Sequence record: OR896157.1 | Direction: 5' to 3' (one strand) | DNA from: a phage | Length of the DNA: 64,000 nt | Part shown: positions 36,196-46,025 of the stretch, piece after piece | Layout of the letters: every line of letters begins with the position of its first letter | How positions within the stretch are numbered: the stretch's first letter is position 1 | The notes under the pieces: generated by a model | Database searches by the model: none | Told to the model about the DNA's origin: nothing | The model's input: the letters and a program-made list of their open reading frames with translations, nothing else | Position numbers and translations under genes: made by a program

Positions 36196-36235
36196 GAGTT
36201 TCCTTAGTTTTTCCTATAGACCGAGTGATTGGTCT
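36196..36235 (-). promoter_or_regulatory. gene 43 translational operator (5-bp stem, 8-nt loop AAUCACUC, then SD AAGGAAA)
   Basis: minus strand AGACC-aatcactc-GGTCT then ...ctaaggaaactcATG; loop is one substitution from the remembered T4 operator loop AAUAACUC. Confidence 0.55.
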
Positions 36236-36272
36236 TTGGTATGTCTATTATACTCCGCTCTGCTGATAGCAG

Positions 36273-36292
36273 AAAGGGCCCGAAGGCCCTTT
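36273..36292 (-). terminator. hairpin AAAGGGCC-TTCG-GGCCCTTT between regA side and gene 43
   Basis: GC stem, CGAA loop, followed by UUUCUGCU. Confidence 0.45.
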
Positions 36293-36294
36293 AA

Positions 36295-36492
36295 TTAAAG
36301 CGTAATTTCTTCATACTGAATTACATCATTTTCGTCTTTGTATGGCAGAGTAATCACTGTTCCTTCTGGATAAAGAGGAGTGCCATCTGACGAGAACTGA
36401 CTTTTAAGTGAAGCAATTTGACGAGCTAGTTGTTCTTGTGGAGTACCTTCAAACATTATGCACCTATCGTGTATTTTGATTTGAGAGTCCAT
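36295..36492 (-). CDS. hypothetical protein (65 aa)
   Basis: minus-strand ORF overlapping regA 3-prime end. Confidence 0.35.
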   Translation of the reverse strand: MDSQIKIHDRCIMFEGTPQEQLARQIASLKSQFSSDGTPLYPEGTVITLPYKDENDVIQYEEITL

Positions 36493-36821
36493 TCAGATTT
36501 CTGCTGGAATGTGATAACACGGAAGTTATTCTGCATTTCAGCAAGATGAACATCCGGAGTCACGATATCAAGTAAGCCCCATCCTTGTAACAGTTGGGCA
36601 ATTGAATCTCGACGGATGTAGTCTTCAGAATCAATAGTAACAGGACGACCATCAAGCTTCAACATTTCTTTGAAGTGAACGATGTAGTACTTGCCCTGTT
36701 TCTGAAGAATGTGGCAACTTTGATATAGTACCTTATCTTTGTTATTAGCAATACCCATACGAGTTAGGGTTTCTTTCACTTTCAGAAAATCTTCAGGTTG
36801 TTTCAGAGTAATTTCAATCAT
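36456..36821 (-). CDS. regA: RegA translational repressor
   Basis: 121 aa; MIEITLKQPEDFLKVKETLTRMGIANNKDKVLYQSCHILQK.G.YYIVHFKEML nearly identical to remembered T4 RegA. Confidence 0.9.
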   Translation of the reverse strand: MIEITLKQPEDFLKVKETLTRMGIANNKDKVLYQSCHILQKQGKYYIVHFKEMLKLDGRPVTIDSEDYIRRDSIAQLLQGWGLLDIVTPDVHLAEMQNNFRVITFQQKSEWTLKSKYTIGA

Positions 36822-36822
36822 T

Positions 36823-37386
36823 TTACCATTCCAATGCTAATTTTTTAAGTTGCTTTTGTTCTTTCACGTTTTTAGTAATGCTTTTGACCAGCTCATCAGT
36901 CACTGTACCTTTAAGACGTTTTAATGTCTCAGACAGTTTATTTTTGTTGGCTAGAGTCACTCTATAACGCTCAGCGTCATTGATATTGATTGTATAATGA
37001 TTCATCAATACTTTCAGAATGAGTGTCTCCTGGGCGCTCTCGTTTAACTTAGCCCACTTACCAAAACGGCGTCCTCGAGGAACAGCCGCTTTCAGATAAT
37101 TGAAATGAGCTTCATCTGACAATCCAGAACCAACTAAATTCATCACATAAACTGATGGCATGCATTCTGGAAATTGAGATAGAGCATTTTCTACCATGAA
37201 CTTCGAATAATCACGAGTTCCGATTGATATATCTTTCTTCTCGTTAATTGCACCGATTATTGCGAAGAATTCATTTTCTGCTGTTTCTTTGAAAGTATCA
37301 GAGAGACGTTTAATCTCCGCCTCATCTTTACTATACCAAGCAATCTGGTGTTCGTTCAGCTGAACGTCATCTTCGAATAAACTCAT
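36823..37386 (-). CDS. 62: clamp loader small subunit gp62
   Basis: 187 aa, same length and position as T4 gp62; coupled to gene 44. Confidence 0.85.
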   Translation of the reverse strand: MSLFEDDVQLNEHQIAWYSKDEAEIKRLSDTFKETAENEFFAIIGAINEKKDISIGTRDYSKFMVENALSQFPECMPSVYVMNLVGSGLSDEAHFNYLKAAVPRGRRFGKWAKLNESAQETLILKVLMNHYTININDAERYRVTLANKNKLSETLKRLKGTVTDELVKSITKNVKEQKQLKKLALEW

Positions 37387-38342
37387 TTGAATTGCATCTC
37401 TACAACAAGTTGCATGAACATATAAGTTATGTGCAGTTCTGTCGAAGCTGCTACACCATGATATTGATTGTTCTCACCGACAATCTCATACATCCTGATG
37501 ATACTTGCTTTATCAACTTTCGTGTAAAGCTCGTTAGCAAGTTTCTCGATAAACCAAGAATAATTAGTCGCATACTTAGGAGCTAATGCACGAAGTTGTT
37601 TAACATCTTTTGATTTCAGTGCATCAATAACATCACTGATATCACCAGAAGTTTTCGTCACCAAATCCAAAATTCCAGAGTCAATAACGCCTTTGGAAGA
37701 ATAATGGTCCAAATCACCAATCGTCTTACGAAAATCTGGGAAGTTCTTGTTAACCAAAGCCGCGATGACTTTAAGGTCTTCAATTTTGATATTCTCGTTT
37801 TTACAGATTTCTACGCAACGGCGAATCATTTCTTTCATCATGCTGCGTTTATCGTCATCAGTCGCTTGACCGAATTTGATAACACGACAACGAGATTGAA
37901 GTGGTTCAATGATACCGTCAATGTTGTTAGCAGTGATGATGATTGTACAGTTGCTTGAATAAGCTTCCATGAAAGAACGTAAGTGACGTTGAGATTCAGC
38001 AAGACCTGAACGGTCAAATTCGTCAATCACAATAACTTTCTGCTTACCGGATAATGAGGCAGCTGTTGCAAAGTTTGTCAGTGGCCCACGTACGAAATCA
38101 ATCTTACAATCTGAACCGTTAACGAACATCATTTCAACACCGACGTCGTTACAAAGTGCTTTTGCTAAAGTAGTTTTGCCTGTACCCGGAGATGCAGATA
38201 CCAGAATCATATGAGGGATGGTGCCTTTCTTGATGATAGCATCGAATACTTGGCGGTCAAATTCCGGAAGAATACATTCCGAAATTGATTGTGGACGATA
38301 TTTCTGTTCGAAGATGTGTTCTTTTTCGTTAATGCTTAACAT
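37383..38342 (-). CDS. 44: clamp loader large subunit gp44 (AAA+)
   Basis: 319 aa; Walker [11 protein letters not shown], Walker B VIVIDEFD, sensor SRC motif. Confidence 0.9.
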   Translation of the reverse strand: MLSINEKEHIFEQKYRPQSISECILPEFDRQVFDAIIKKGTIPHMILVSASPGTGKTTLAKALCNDVGVEMMFVNGSDCKIDFVRGPLTNFATAASLSGKQKVIVIDEFDRSGLAESQRHLRSFMEAYSSNCTIIITANNIDGIIEPLQSRCRVIKFGQATDDDKRSMMKEMIRRCVEICKNENIKIEDLKVIAALVNKNFPDFRKTIGDLDHYSSKGVIDSGILDLVTKTSGDISDVIDALKSKDVKQLRALAPKYATNYSWFIEKLANELYTKVDKASIIRMYEIVGENNQYHGVAASTELHITYMFMQLVVEMQFK

Positions 38343-38374
38343 AATTTCCTCATATTGAATTAATCAAATCAGTG

Positions 38375-38394
38375 GATGGTCCGAAGACCATCCT
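38375..38394 (-). terminator. hairpin GGATGGTC-CGAA-GACCATCC between genes 45 and 44
   Basis: 8-bp stem with CGAA loop; no clear U-tract. Confidence 0.3.
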
Positions 38395-38401
38395 ATCACA
38401 A

Positions 38402-39088
38402 TTAGAAATCGTGAGTACTATCTGCTTCCATTGCTACTACATAACTTGCATGTTCACCTTCGAACTTAGCAGCAGTTTTCTTACCTTGTGCCCAGAGCAG
38501 CAGTTTATAATCGGCAGGCTGCATCTTCATGTTACCCATGTTGATAACGAAGTTGAAGTTATTCGTGCCATCATAATCACCGAGAGTCAGAGAATATTTG
38601 GTACGAACAAGTGCAGAATCTTCTACCTTATTGAAGCCGTTCAGAACAATCTTACCATCTTTATTAGTGATGGTGATTGTGTCAATCTGCAGACCGCGAG
38701 ATACTCGCATCAGCTGTTGCAAGTCTTCAGATTTGAAGTCAACGATAACAGAAGCAACCGGGAATGGAATTGGCTTGCTTGGGAATACGATAGTGCTTGG
38801 GTCAGCTGCTGGCCAGAAAATGGTTGAACGAGCATCAGCAATTTTGATGTTACCGTCATCAGCCAGAGAAATTTCTGCATCTTCATTGACCAGAGACAGA
38901 ATACCAAGGAAGCCGTTCAGTTCATAAATCGCAACTTCAAAATCAATTTCATCTGCAATTTTAGCTTCAGCATAAGTTGTACCATTAACTGCTCGAGTCA
39001 TGATGAACTTACCAGGTTTCAGCATAATACCAGAGTTGATGGTAGAGAAGTTTTTCAGAATATTCAGAGTTTCTTTAGACAGTTTCAT
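38402..39088 (-). CDS. 45: sliding clamp gp45
   Basis: 228 aa; MKLSK...NF.TINSGIMLK.G.FIMTRAVNGTTYAEA...C-terminal EADSTHDF matches remembered T4 gp45. Confidence 0.9.
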   Translation of the reverse strand: MKLSKETLNILKNFSTINSGIMLKPGKFIMTRAVNGTTYAEAKIADEIDFEVAIYELNGFLGILSLVNEDAEISLADDGNIKIADARSTIFWPAADPSTIVFPSKPIPFPVASVIVDFKSEDLQQLMRVSRGLQIDTITITNKDGKIVLNGFNKVEDSALVRTKYSLTLGDYDGTNNFNFVINMGNMKMQPADYKLLLWAQGKKTAAKFEGEHASYVVAMEADSTHDF

Positions 39089-39096
39089 GTTTTTCC

Positions 39097-39522
39097 TTAG
39101 TTCAATTCAATTTCAGTTTCAGATGATTCAGATTTTACAACAAATGGAGCGAAGCTATCATAAACTTCTTGAGCAACGATTTCAGCAGCTACCAACAGCT
39201 GTTCATCAGCGTTAGTACAGAATTCGTCTTCCAGACGTTCACCACCGACCTTATCGAGAATAACTTTAGCGCCGGCTTTAATTGAACGGTCATAGTGCTT
39301 ACGCATTACTTCAATCCACTTTTCAGAGACTGAATTATCAACAGAAGAGTAATAAGCGAAACGAACTTCTGCATCAGGCAGTTTACGTTTGATAGCTTCT
39401 TTAATTTCTTCAGGCAGCATCAGAACCCATGCTCGACGGATTTTATTCTGATTGTTAGGGTTGGAGTCAGTACGTACGTTTTTAGGTTGGATTTCTTTAA
39501 CATCAGTAACGATATTCAGCAT
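39097..39522 (-). CDS. hypothetical protein at the T4 rpbA position (RNA polymerase binding protein A candidate)
   Basis: positional call only. Confidence 0.4.
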   Translation of the reverse strand: MLNIVTDVKEIQPKNVRTDSNPNNQNKIRRAWVLMLPEEIKEAIKRKLPDAEVRFAYYSSVDNSVSEKWIEVMRKHYDRSIKAGAKVILDKVGGERLEDEFCTNADEQLLVAAEIVAQEVYDSFAPFVVKSESSETEIELN

Positions 39523-39531
39523 ATTATTTTC

Positions 39532-39723
39532 TCATTCAAAAAATTCAGAAACTGTCCAAGCAGGATGCCTGTTGGAAGATATTTTATCATAGTCTTTACC
39601 GAAAGCATCTTTTAAATGCTGGTCGGTAACTACGTGTTCTTCACCAGAAAAATTATTGATGAGAACGTACTTCTTTATTTCAGGGAACGTTAGTAACTCG
39701 TTCCCGGTTGCGTATTGTTTCAT
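39532..39723 (-). CDS. hypothetical protein (63 aa)
   Basis: coupled ORF. Confidence 0.4.
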   Translation of the reverse strand: MKQYATGNELLTFPEIKKYVLINNFSGEEHVVTDQHLKDAFGKDYDKISSNRHPAWTVSEFFE

Positions 39724-41408
39724 TCCAGTACCGTAAAGCGTCCAACTTTCTTCATTTGAAGATGTTGTCCGTATGCTTGAGGGTCATGGTCTCGGTGAGA
39801 AATTATAAAAATATTTGAATTTGGCATTTTACTAAGAATGTTATTAATTGCTTTAACACCCTCAGCATCGGTGGCGGAGTCAAAAATTTCATCTAAGAAC
39901 AGACAACTTATTTTAACACCAGATACCAATTCAGCAATATCACGCCAAGTAAATAACAGCGCAATATCAATACGAGCTTTCTCGCCTTGACTGAAAGAGT
40001 TATAACTAAACTCTTCGCGTCCTCGGGATTTAATCGTTTCGTTGAACTCTTCATTCAACGTAAAGACGTAATCCGCATCCATTATCTTCAAGTATGTATT
40101 AATCTGCTTATTGAACAGAGGAATGTACTTCTTAATGATTGCGCCTTTAATACCAGAATCCTTGAACATTTCTGTAAGAATACCACGTTGATATTTTTCC
40201 ATAACAATGTTGGATTTGGTATCAACTATTTTATTCAATTCTTCTGTAAGCGTTTTGATTTCATCTGAATAATCAATGAACTCTTCAGCTGCTTTATCAA
40301 TAGCTGCTTTAATCTTACGAATACGCTCTATAGCTGCTTTTAACTCTTCGGTTTTGGCTGCGACTTGTCCTCGGATGTCTCTGGCTCGGCGTTTAACCGC
40401 TTCATATTCAATTTGGGAAGCCTGAAGATTCTCTAGATGCGTTTTTAACTCAGCATGTTTGATATTACATTCATCAACTTTCGAGTTAATCTGGCCGATT
40501 AGAGCATCACTAGAGTGCAAATCCTGCAAACATGTTGGACAATGACCGCCTTTATCATACAACGACAGAACTTTTGTGTATGACTCGATGCGGTTCAGAA
40601 TAGTCATCCCAGCCATCTGAGTTTTCTGAATTCCTTCAGACACATCATCTTCTTCGCCAATTACGATGTTAGCCAAGTTCTTGTTCAGCTCGTCGATAGT
40701 TGAACGAATGTTACGAGCATCAGCCATAGACTCTTCGTACATACTCTGCCAACGAGCAACGTTTTCGCCAGAAAGTTTCTTTTGCTTCTCTATGTTTTCT
40801 TCATAGATTTTGATTTGTTGCTGAATTCCGTCTTTCTTTGCATCAAGAACTTGAACTTGAGAATTCAGTTCTCGAACCAAAGACTTATTCAGTTTATCCA
40901 TTTCAGCAATGATTGAAACTTCAAGCAGGTCTTCTACTAACTTTCTCCGAGCGGGTGTACTAAGACCCATAAACGGAGTGTAGCCTGCTGTTCCGAGTAC
41001 CACGACCTGCTTGAAACTCGTGTATGACATTCCAATGAGTTCTTCGAAATAACTTTGGAAGTCTTTAACTGAAGCTGCTTCATCAAGTTTAGCACCGTCG
41101 CGTTCAATTTCAAAGACATTTGGTTTCTGTCCACGTTTGATGTAATACGAATGACCGTCATATTCCATCCACAATTCGCAGAGCAATCCTTTCTTATTGG
41201 TGGAATTAATTAATTGGCCTTTCTTGAAATCACGGAATGGCTTACCAAACAATGCGAACGTAATCGCTTCAAGCATTGTACTTTTACCGGCACCATTCTT
41301 ACCAGTGATTAATGTTTTGTGAACCTTATCAAGTTGAATATCAATGGGCTGTCCGCCCACTGACATAATATTTTGATACTTGACTCGGTTCAATTTGAAA
41401 ATCTTCAT
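39720..41408 (-). CDS. 46: recombination endonuclease subunit gp46 (SbcC/Rad50-like ATPase)
   Basis: 562 aa; Walker A GKNGAGKST near N-terminus, long coiled-coil middle, C-terminal Walker B/D-loop region. Confidence 0.9.
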   Translation of the reverse strand: MKIFKLNRVKYQNIMSVGGQPIDIQLDKVHKTLITGKNGAGKSTMLEAITFALFGKPFRDFKKGQLINSTNKKGLLCELWMEYDGHSYYIKRGQKPNVFEIERDGAKLDEAASVKDFQSYFEELIGMSYTSFKQVVVLGTAGYTPFMGLSTPARRKLVEDLLEVSIIAEMDKLNKSLVRELNSQVQVLDAKKDGIQQQIKIYEENIEKQKKLSGENVARWQSMYEESMADARNIRSTIDELNKNLANIVIGEEDDVSEGIQKTQMAGMTILNRIESYTKVLSLYDKGGHCPTCLQDLHSSDALIGQINSKVDECNIKHAELKTHLENLQASQIEYEAVKRRARDIRGQVAAKTEELKAAIERIRKIKAAIDKAAEEFIDYSDEIKTLTEELNKIVDTKSNIVMEKYQRGILTEMFKDSGIKGAIIKKYIPLFNKQINTYLKIMDADYVFTLNEEFNETIKSRGREEFSYNSFSQGEKARIDIALLFTWRDIAELVSGVKISCLFLDEIFDSATDAEGVKAINNILSKMPNSNIFIISHRDHDPQAYGQHLQMKKVGRFTVLE

Positions 41409-42427
41409 TGATTCTGAGCCTCAACATAAAGAGCTTGTGCAAATTTTTTCAATGCAGCATTATCAGTTGGAGATAAGTCTTCCAATGCATCAATATATTC
41501 TGACATCAAATCTAATAAGCTTTTAACTTCGATATCTTCTTCGTCATCAGATTCAACTGAGTTGTCAATCTTAGAAACCATACGAAGCTCGTGAACTACT
41601 TTTTCGAGTTCAGTTTCAAACTTCGTGATGTCTTTATCAACATCAGTGACAATTACTCGGACTGAAAGATTTTTGTAGTCGTTGTAATCAATCTTACCTG
41701 TAAATGGATATTGAAGTCTTACATGCCAAGTGGTTTCGTTTGGCACAAAATCCATACTTTCCGTTGCGGTATCGAAAATCCAGAATCCGCGAGGGTCGTT
41801 CTCGTCACCTGCTGTAAGGGTCCAGGGAGTGCCGATATACTTAACATTGGCAGCAGAGGATATAGTATGGAAATGCCCTGACCACACTTGCTTATATGAC
41901 TTAAGGAAATCTGGCTCGAGACCATGAGATTTTAAACCCTTGTAGTAATAGAAGCCATTAAGCTCCCAGTGTCCAATACAATACTCTGCAGATGATTCTT
42001 TAACATGCTTCATAATAGAAGCTACGTTTTCATCACAAAGCCATGGAATTAGGTCGATTAAGCATCCATCAAAATCAACAGTAGTAGGCACATCATAAAT
42101 TTTGATGTGGTCATGTTTGCCCAATACTTCTGTGATAGCGTTAGGATGAATTTTATTCTTATAATGCATATCGTGGTTTCCGATGATTGTATGCATCGTA
42201 ATCCCAGCTTCTGCTAGCATATCAACTATTTCACGAGCGAATTCCATCGTCTTGTGAGTAATAGCTTTACGTACGTCAAAAATATCTCCATACTGAATCC
42301 ACACGGTAATTCCATGCTTCTTCGAGTACTCAATTTTTTGACGAATACCATCACGTTGAATTTCTTGAAGCCAAGGGTCATCACCCTTTACGCCCAGATG
42401 CCAGTCACCTGTGTGAAGAATTTTCAT
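41405..42427 (-). CDS. 47: recombination endonuclease subunit gp47 (SbcD/Mre11-like phosphoesterase)
   Basis: 340 aa; MKILHTGDWHLG and GNHD calcineurin-like phosphoesterase motifs. Confidence 0.9.
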   Translation of the reverse strand: MKILHTGDWHLGVKGDDPWLQEIQRDGIRQKIEYSKKHGITVWIQYGDIFDVRKAITHKTMEFAREIVDMLAEAGITMHTIIGNHDMHYKNKIHPNAITEVLGKHDHIKIYDVPTTVDFDGCLIDLIPWLCDENVASIMKHVKESSAEYCIGHWELNGFYYYKGLKSHGLEPDFLKSYKQVWSGHFHTISSAANVKYIGTPWTLTAGDENDPRGFWIFDTATESMDFVPNETTWHVRLQYPFTGKIDYNDYKNLSVRVIVTDVDKDITKFETELEKVVHELRMVSKIDNSVESDDEEDIEVKSLLDLMSEYIDALEDLSPTDNAALKKFAQALYVEAQNQ

Positions 42428-42567
42428 TTCTTTTTCCTCAATTTAAGACGGCGATGTGGAAGTTTTATTTTAATCGCAGATGTATGTTCTCTTTTACCTG
42501 ATATTTGAATCCAGTTAATTTTCATATTTCACCTCAAAGAGATTATATTCTATACTCCAGAAAGCAG

Positions 42568-42587
42568 AAAGGGCCCGAAGGCCCTTT
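42568..42587 (-). terminator. hairpin AAAGGGCC-TTCG-GGCCCTTT upstream of gene 47
   Basis: GC stem, CGAA loop, followed by UUUCUGCUUUCU. Confidence 0.45.
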
Positions 42588-42774
42588 AAATTTTACTGTA
42601 TGTGATAGTTACTTCGGCTTTTGCTTTATCATATGACATCTTGAACCGCCTCATCATTTCAGTCTTGCCGTTATGAATCTTTGCATAATCAATAGCTCTT
42701 TCTAAAGCTTCAGCCGAATAAACAGTTCCGTTGCGGGATACTACAGCAGCTTTTAATATTACAGCTTCCACCAT
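42586..42774 (-). CDS. hypothetical protein (62 aa)
   Basis: minus-strand ORF. Confidence 0.4.
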   Translation of the reverse strand: MVEAVILKAAVVSRNGTVYSAEALERAIDYAKIHNGKTEMMRRFKMSYDKAKAEVTITYSKI

Positions 42775-42968
42775 GGCTTCACCATAATTGTATCAGCCCA
42801 GACTAATTCCTTTTTAGTAGCTTTAACTACTGGATTGATAGGACCGGTTTCACCCAAGACTTTGTAATGGGTTTCAGATACTTTAATAGCCATTACACCA
42901 TCAGCAACAGACAAAGTGAAACCTGCGTTTACTTTCAGACGTTTGAATTTAACCTGCTTTATAGCCAT
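42759..42968 (-). CDS. hypothetical protein (69 aa)
   Basis: minus-strand ORF. Confidence 0.4.
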   Translation of the reverse strand: MAIKQVKFKRLKVNAGFTLSVADGVMAIKVSETHYKVLGETGPINPVVKATKKELVWADTIMVKPWWKL

Positions 42969-43317
42969 TTAAAATTTCCCAGATCTGACGACGAGTGGTT
43001 TCCCATTGGACTTTGATAAGCTCGTCATTGAATGGTTGACGTAAGATTTTACGAGATTTTTCAATCGCATACTTATACGCCGCGAAGTTGTTATCGAGAA
43101 CTGATTGCTGAGCATGTTTGTTCAAACGTTCAAGTTCGCGACTATTTTTCTTGATAATTTTATCAGCTTTAGATTTAGCATTTGCTGCAATTCGAGCTTG
43201 TGCTTCTTCAATAGCTGCAAGACGATCTTCTTCCATTAATTTCTGATGGTCTGGATCTTCAATCAACTGGTCTTGATATTCAAGTTCTGCTTTGAATGCT
43301 TCGCCTGGTTGTAGCAT
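42949..43317 (-). CDS. hypothetical protein (122 aa)
   Basis: minus-strand ORF. Confidence 0.45.
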   Translation of the reverse strand: MLQPGEAFKAELEYQDQLIEDPDHQKLMEEDRLAAIEEAQARIAANAKSKADKIIKKNSRELERLNKHAQQSVLDNNFAAYKYAIEKSRKILRQPFNDELIKVQWETTRRQIWEILNGYKAG

Positions 43318-43323
43318 AATTCC

Positions 43324-43551
43324 TCATTCTGGAAAGTATTCTAATGTGATATAAAAATCATCATCAGATATATGGTAATTGTAGTTCAAGTCTTTGCCAT
43401 CGCACTTGAACTCTGTATCATGTGGGTTCTTGGGGTCGATGTGAATGTCCAAATCCAATACCTCCCTCATATACATTTTAAGCAAATAAGGGATAGCATC
43501 GTAATCGGGCACTTCTTCTAAAAATCCTGCGAGGTTAATCGTCAGCCTCAT
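43324..43551 (-). CDS. hypothetical protein (start uncertain)
   Basis: minus-strand ORF overlapping 3-prime end of gene 55. Confidence 0.4.
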   Translation of the reverse strand: MRLTINLAGFLEEVPDYDAIPYLLKMYMREVLDLDIHIDPKNPHDTEFKCDGKDLNYNYHISDDDFYITLEYFPE

Positions 43552-44068
43552 ATAAAAAATCCAAACTTGGACCTTCATCTACAACATCGCTCTTTTTGTC
43601 AGACCCTGGCTGTTTGTAGGTGGAGGTTTCGTAATGCGTCATTTTATCATAGATGTCTTGAATAAAAGTTTCATCTACTAACGCAACCATATCATCGTCA
43701 CGAGCATCATAGACGTTGTGAACGAAATAGCTATACTTCTTAGCAACTTCCTTACGCTCTTTCTTGATACGTTGGACGAATGCGTTAAAGCAAGCACGGG
43801 TTATATACGCATGCGGGTTGTCATACTTTGTTTCATCGAAGTTGTGTAGACCTTTAATCGAAGCTTCTACACCGTCTGAAATCATTTCATCTTTCCAAGA
43901 GCGGGTGTACCCTGAAAAGTTAAAACGCTTACTCAGACCCTCAGATATCAACATAATTGCTCTGCCGATAGTATCATTCTGACGAACGGGTTTACCAGCT
44001 TCGCGGCATTGCTGTTTCCACTCAGTGATGGCTTTCAGCAACTCCTTATTATTTACATAGTTAGCCAT
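43535..44068 (-). CDS. 55: late sigma factor gp55
   Basis: 177 aa; [111 protein letters not shown] nearly identical to remembered T4 gp55. Confidence 0.9.
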   Translation of the reverse strand: MANYVNNKELLKAITEWKQQCREAGKPVRQNDTIGRAIMLISEGLSKRFNFSGYTRSWKDEMISDGVEASIKGLHNFDETKYDNPHAYITRACFNAFVQRIKKERKEVAKKYSYFVHNVYDARDDDMVALVDETFIQDIYDKMTHYETSTYKQPGSDKKSDVVDEGPSLDFLYEADD

Positions 44069-44134
44069 ATTACCTCTTCCGCTTCATTTAATAAGAATAT
44101 TATAACACGTTTGGAGGAAGAGTATTTTAAGCAT

Positions 44135-44431
44135 CTATTTAAGGAGTTCGTAAAGCGAAAAGCACTTAATCATGAGTTTGCGGAAAGTAACAAAATCGAG
44201 TTCAGGCTCAAAAGCATTTTCATTACAGAATCTGAGCCATGATTTCCATAATTCGATGTAGCCATTTTCATTCAGCTTAGATACATGGCCTCGCCAGACA
44301 TATTCAAGACTAGGACCAGGTTCATTTGAGTCTGAGAATGTAATTCCCATCCACTTATCAACGAAAAATTCACCCAGCCCAGTAACACGGAATGAGGCGA
44401 TTTCAATATTATCTAAAGTAATTCGGCTCAT
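44135..44431 (-). CDS. hypothetical protein (98 aa)
   Basis: minus-strand ORF. Confidence 0.45.
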   Translation of the reverse strand: MSRITLDNIEIASFRVTGLGEFFVDKWMGITFSDSNEPGPSLEYVWRGHVSKLNENGYIELWKSWLRFCNENAFEPELDFVTFRKLMIKCFSLYELLK

Positions 44432-44679
44432 AAGTCAAATACCTTAAAAGTATCTTCGATTAAAGTCTTAAACGTATTGTAGTGCATAGGTTCAAGGTCT
44501 TCGCAAGTTTCTTCACAGAATTCGCGATAAAGAATATCTGGAGTGTAATCGCGGAAAATAGCAATATCAGATTCCCAGTAAGCACCAGTCTCTTCATCAG
44601 AGAAATAAACGGTACCATCACGACGAATAACCCAATCGCCATAATTCAATACGGTGATAGTGAATTGATTGTATTTCAT
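44428..44679 (-). CDS. hypothetical protein (83 aa)
   Basis: coupled ORF. Confidence 0.45.
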   Translation of the reverse strand: MKYNQFTITVLNYGDWVIRRDGTVYFSDEETGAYWESDIAIFRDYTPDILYREFCEETCEDLEPMHYNTFKTLIEDTFKVFDL

Positions 44680-44903
44680 AGAATAAGCTCCTTAGCGCAT
44701 TCAATAGCTTCATCCATACTTCCGAATGCATCTACTGAGTGATAATCTTTCCCAGTGTATTCATAAACCCACCAGGCGTCAAAATCTTCTTCAATAACAA
44801 AATCAACATCGTTCTTTGAAGTACCTTCAATCATCAAGCGACCGTCTTCAGTTCGCTTTGTTTGAAATCCGGCTAGATGCAGATCATTTTCAATTTCATT
44901 CAT
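44676..44903 (-). CDS. hypothetical protein (75 aa)
   Basis: coupled ORF. Confidence 0.45.
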   Translation of the reverse strand: MNEIENDLHLAGFQTKRTEDGRLMIEGTSKNDVDFVIEEDFDAWWVYEYTGKDYHSVDAFGSMDEAIECAKELIL

Positions 44904-45238
44904 TTGGCAGCCTTAACAATTTTGAGGTCGACGAAGCCTTTCTTGCGCTGGTTCTTCATCTTACGGATAGTGCTGTCAGAGATTTCTTTGCGCTTGGTAG
45001 TTGGAATACCGAAAGCATCAAGGCTAAATTCGGACAGAATGTAAGCAACGACCAGTTCACGGATACGAGCTTTACCAATTTTCTGGTCGTTCTCTTTCAT
45101 CGTACCATGCAACTCAACTTCCCACTTATCCAGCAACTTAGGAGTCACGATAACGTCTTTGAACTCACCATCAACTTTCATTGCTTCTACCTTCGGGAAT
45201 ACGAAAGCGTTCAGTACGTTTTTGATAGCCTGTGACAT
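44900..45238 (-). CDS. hypothetical protein (112 aa)
   Basis: coupled ORF. Confidence 0.45.
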   Translation of the reverse strand: MSQAIKNVLNAFVFPKVEAMKVDGEFKDVIVTPKLLDKWEVELHGTMKENDQKIGKARIRELVVAYILSEFSLDAFGIPTTKRKEISDSTIRKMKNQRKKGFVDLKIVKAAK

Positions 45239-45303
45239 ATTGATTTCCTCATTTTAACTAAGTTTGACATAAGAGATTCTATTCTGAATCCCTTATAGCA
45301 AAA

Positions 45304-45570
45304 TTAGCAGTTTTTAATATGCTCGTAGATAGCACGAGTCAGTTCAGATGCTTCTTCTTTGTTGATGTCTGAAATCAAAGCGTAGATAGCATTAGTGATT
45401 GAACTTGGGCGATGGCGCGCAGTGCTGATTGCAACTTCTGTCATACAAGAACGTCCGCGGAAGATGATTTCAACATTGTTGATTTCAATATTCATGCGTT
45501 CTTGGTCACGGGATTCAGAACGTACCAGAACTTCCAGTTCAACAGAAACTTTCTTTTTCAGTAAAATCAT
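45304..45570 (-). CDS. hypothetical protein (88 aa)
   Basis: ATG at 45570 after AAGGAGAG RBS; longer track ORF would swallow the promoter. Confidence 0.45.
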   Translation of the reverse strand: MILLKKKVSVELEVLVRSESRDQERMNIEINNVEIIFRGRSCMTEVAISTARHRPSSITNAIYALISDINKEEASELTRAIYEHIKNC

Positions 45571-45597
45571 GTTACTCTCCTTGGTTGATATAAGAGT

Positions 45598-45626
45598 ATA
45601 GTAACACCTTCTGCAACAGATGTAAA
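45598..45626 (-). promoter_or_regulatory. early promoter (TTTACA-17-TACTAT)
   Basis: minus strand gaccgTTTACA, 17 nt, TACTAT. Confidence 0.5.
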
Positions 45627-45646
45627 CGGTCATAGAAATAAAAATG

Positions 45647-45665
45647 GGGACCACCAGGGTCCCCG
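45647..45665 (-). terminator. intrinsic terminator (GGGGACC-loop-GGTCCCC then AUUUUUAUUU)
   Basis: downstream of the nrdH region. Confidence 0.5.
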
Positions 45666-45715
45666 AAGATGTGAGCCATATGTTTATATGGACTTCAAAA
45701 GAAAGTGTCTTAGAG

Positions 45716-46025
45716 TTAATCCAGTGAATCGAGGTCGTAACCTAGTTCACCAAGTCTCTCTTTTATTGTTCTTAGATTTGGGTAATATACACCACCGAGG
45801 ATGACGACCGGGTAATTGACTCGCTTGCTTGGGAAAACTCCTGAGGCTTTAGCGGCTTCTTCAATCGCTTTGTAGTTGTATTGGACCGGCCATGTAGATA
45901 ACGTCGATGAACTCATACGGAATTTTGAATTCGTCAAAAATTTCTTTGACCGTTGCGCAACCAGCGCAGCGGTAGACGTCTTCCGGAATTCCATAAATTT
46001 TAGCTCTTAGTTGTGAGTTTTCCAT
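45716..46025 (-). pseudogene. nrdH: NrdH-like glutaredoxin interrupted by a +1 frame change
   Basis: N-terminal half (KIYG...CAGC...FKIPYEFIDV) is in one frame (ORF 45861-46049) and C-terminal half (YPVVILGG...LRTIKERLGELG) in the +1 frame (ORF 45716-45994); junction near 45880-45925. Confidence 0.5.

Noticed and set aside
42586-42968. Possible single frameshifted gene formed by the 62-aa and 69-aa ORFs
   Set aside because: The downstream ORF has its own ATG inside the overlap and neither half shows a recognisable domain that continues across the junction; kept as two small ORFs.
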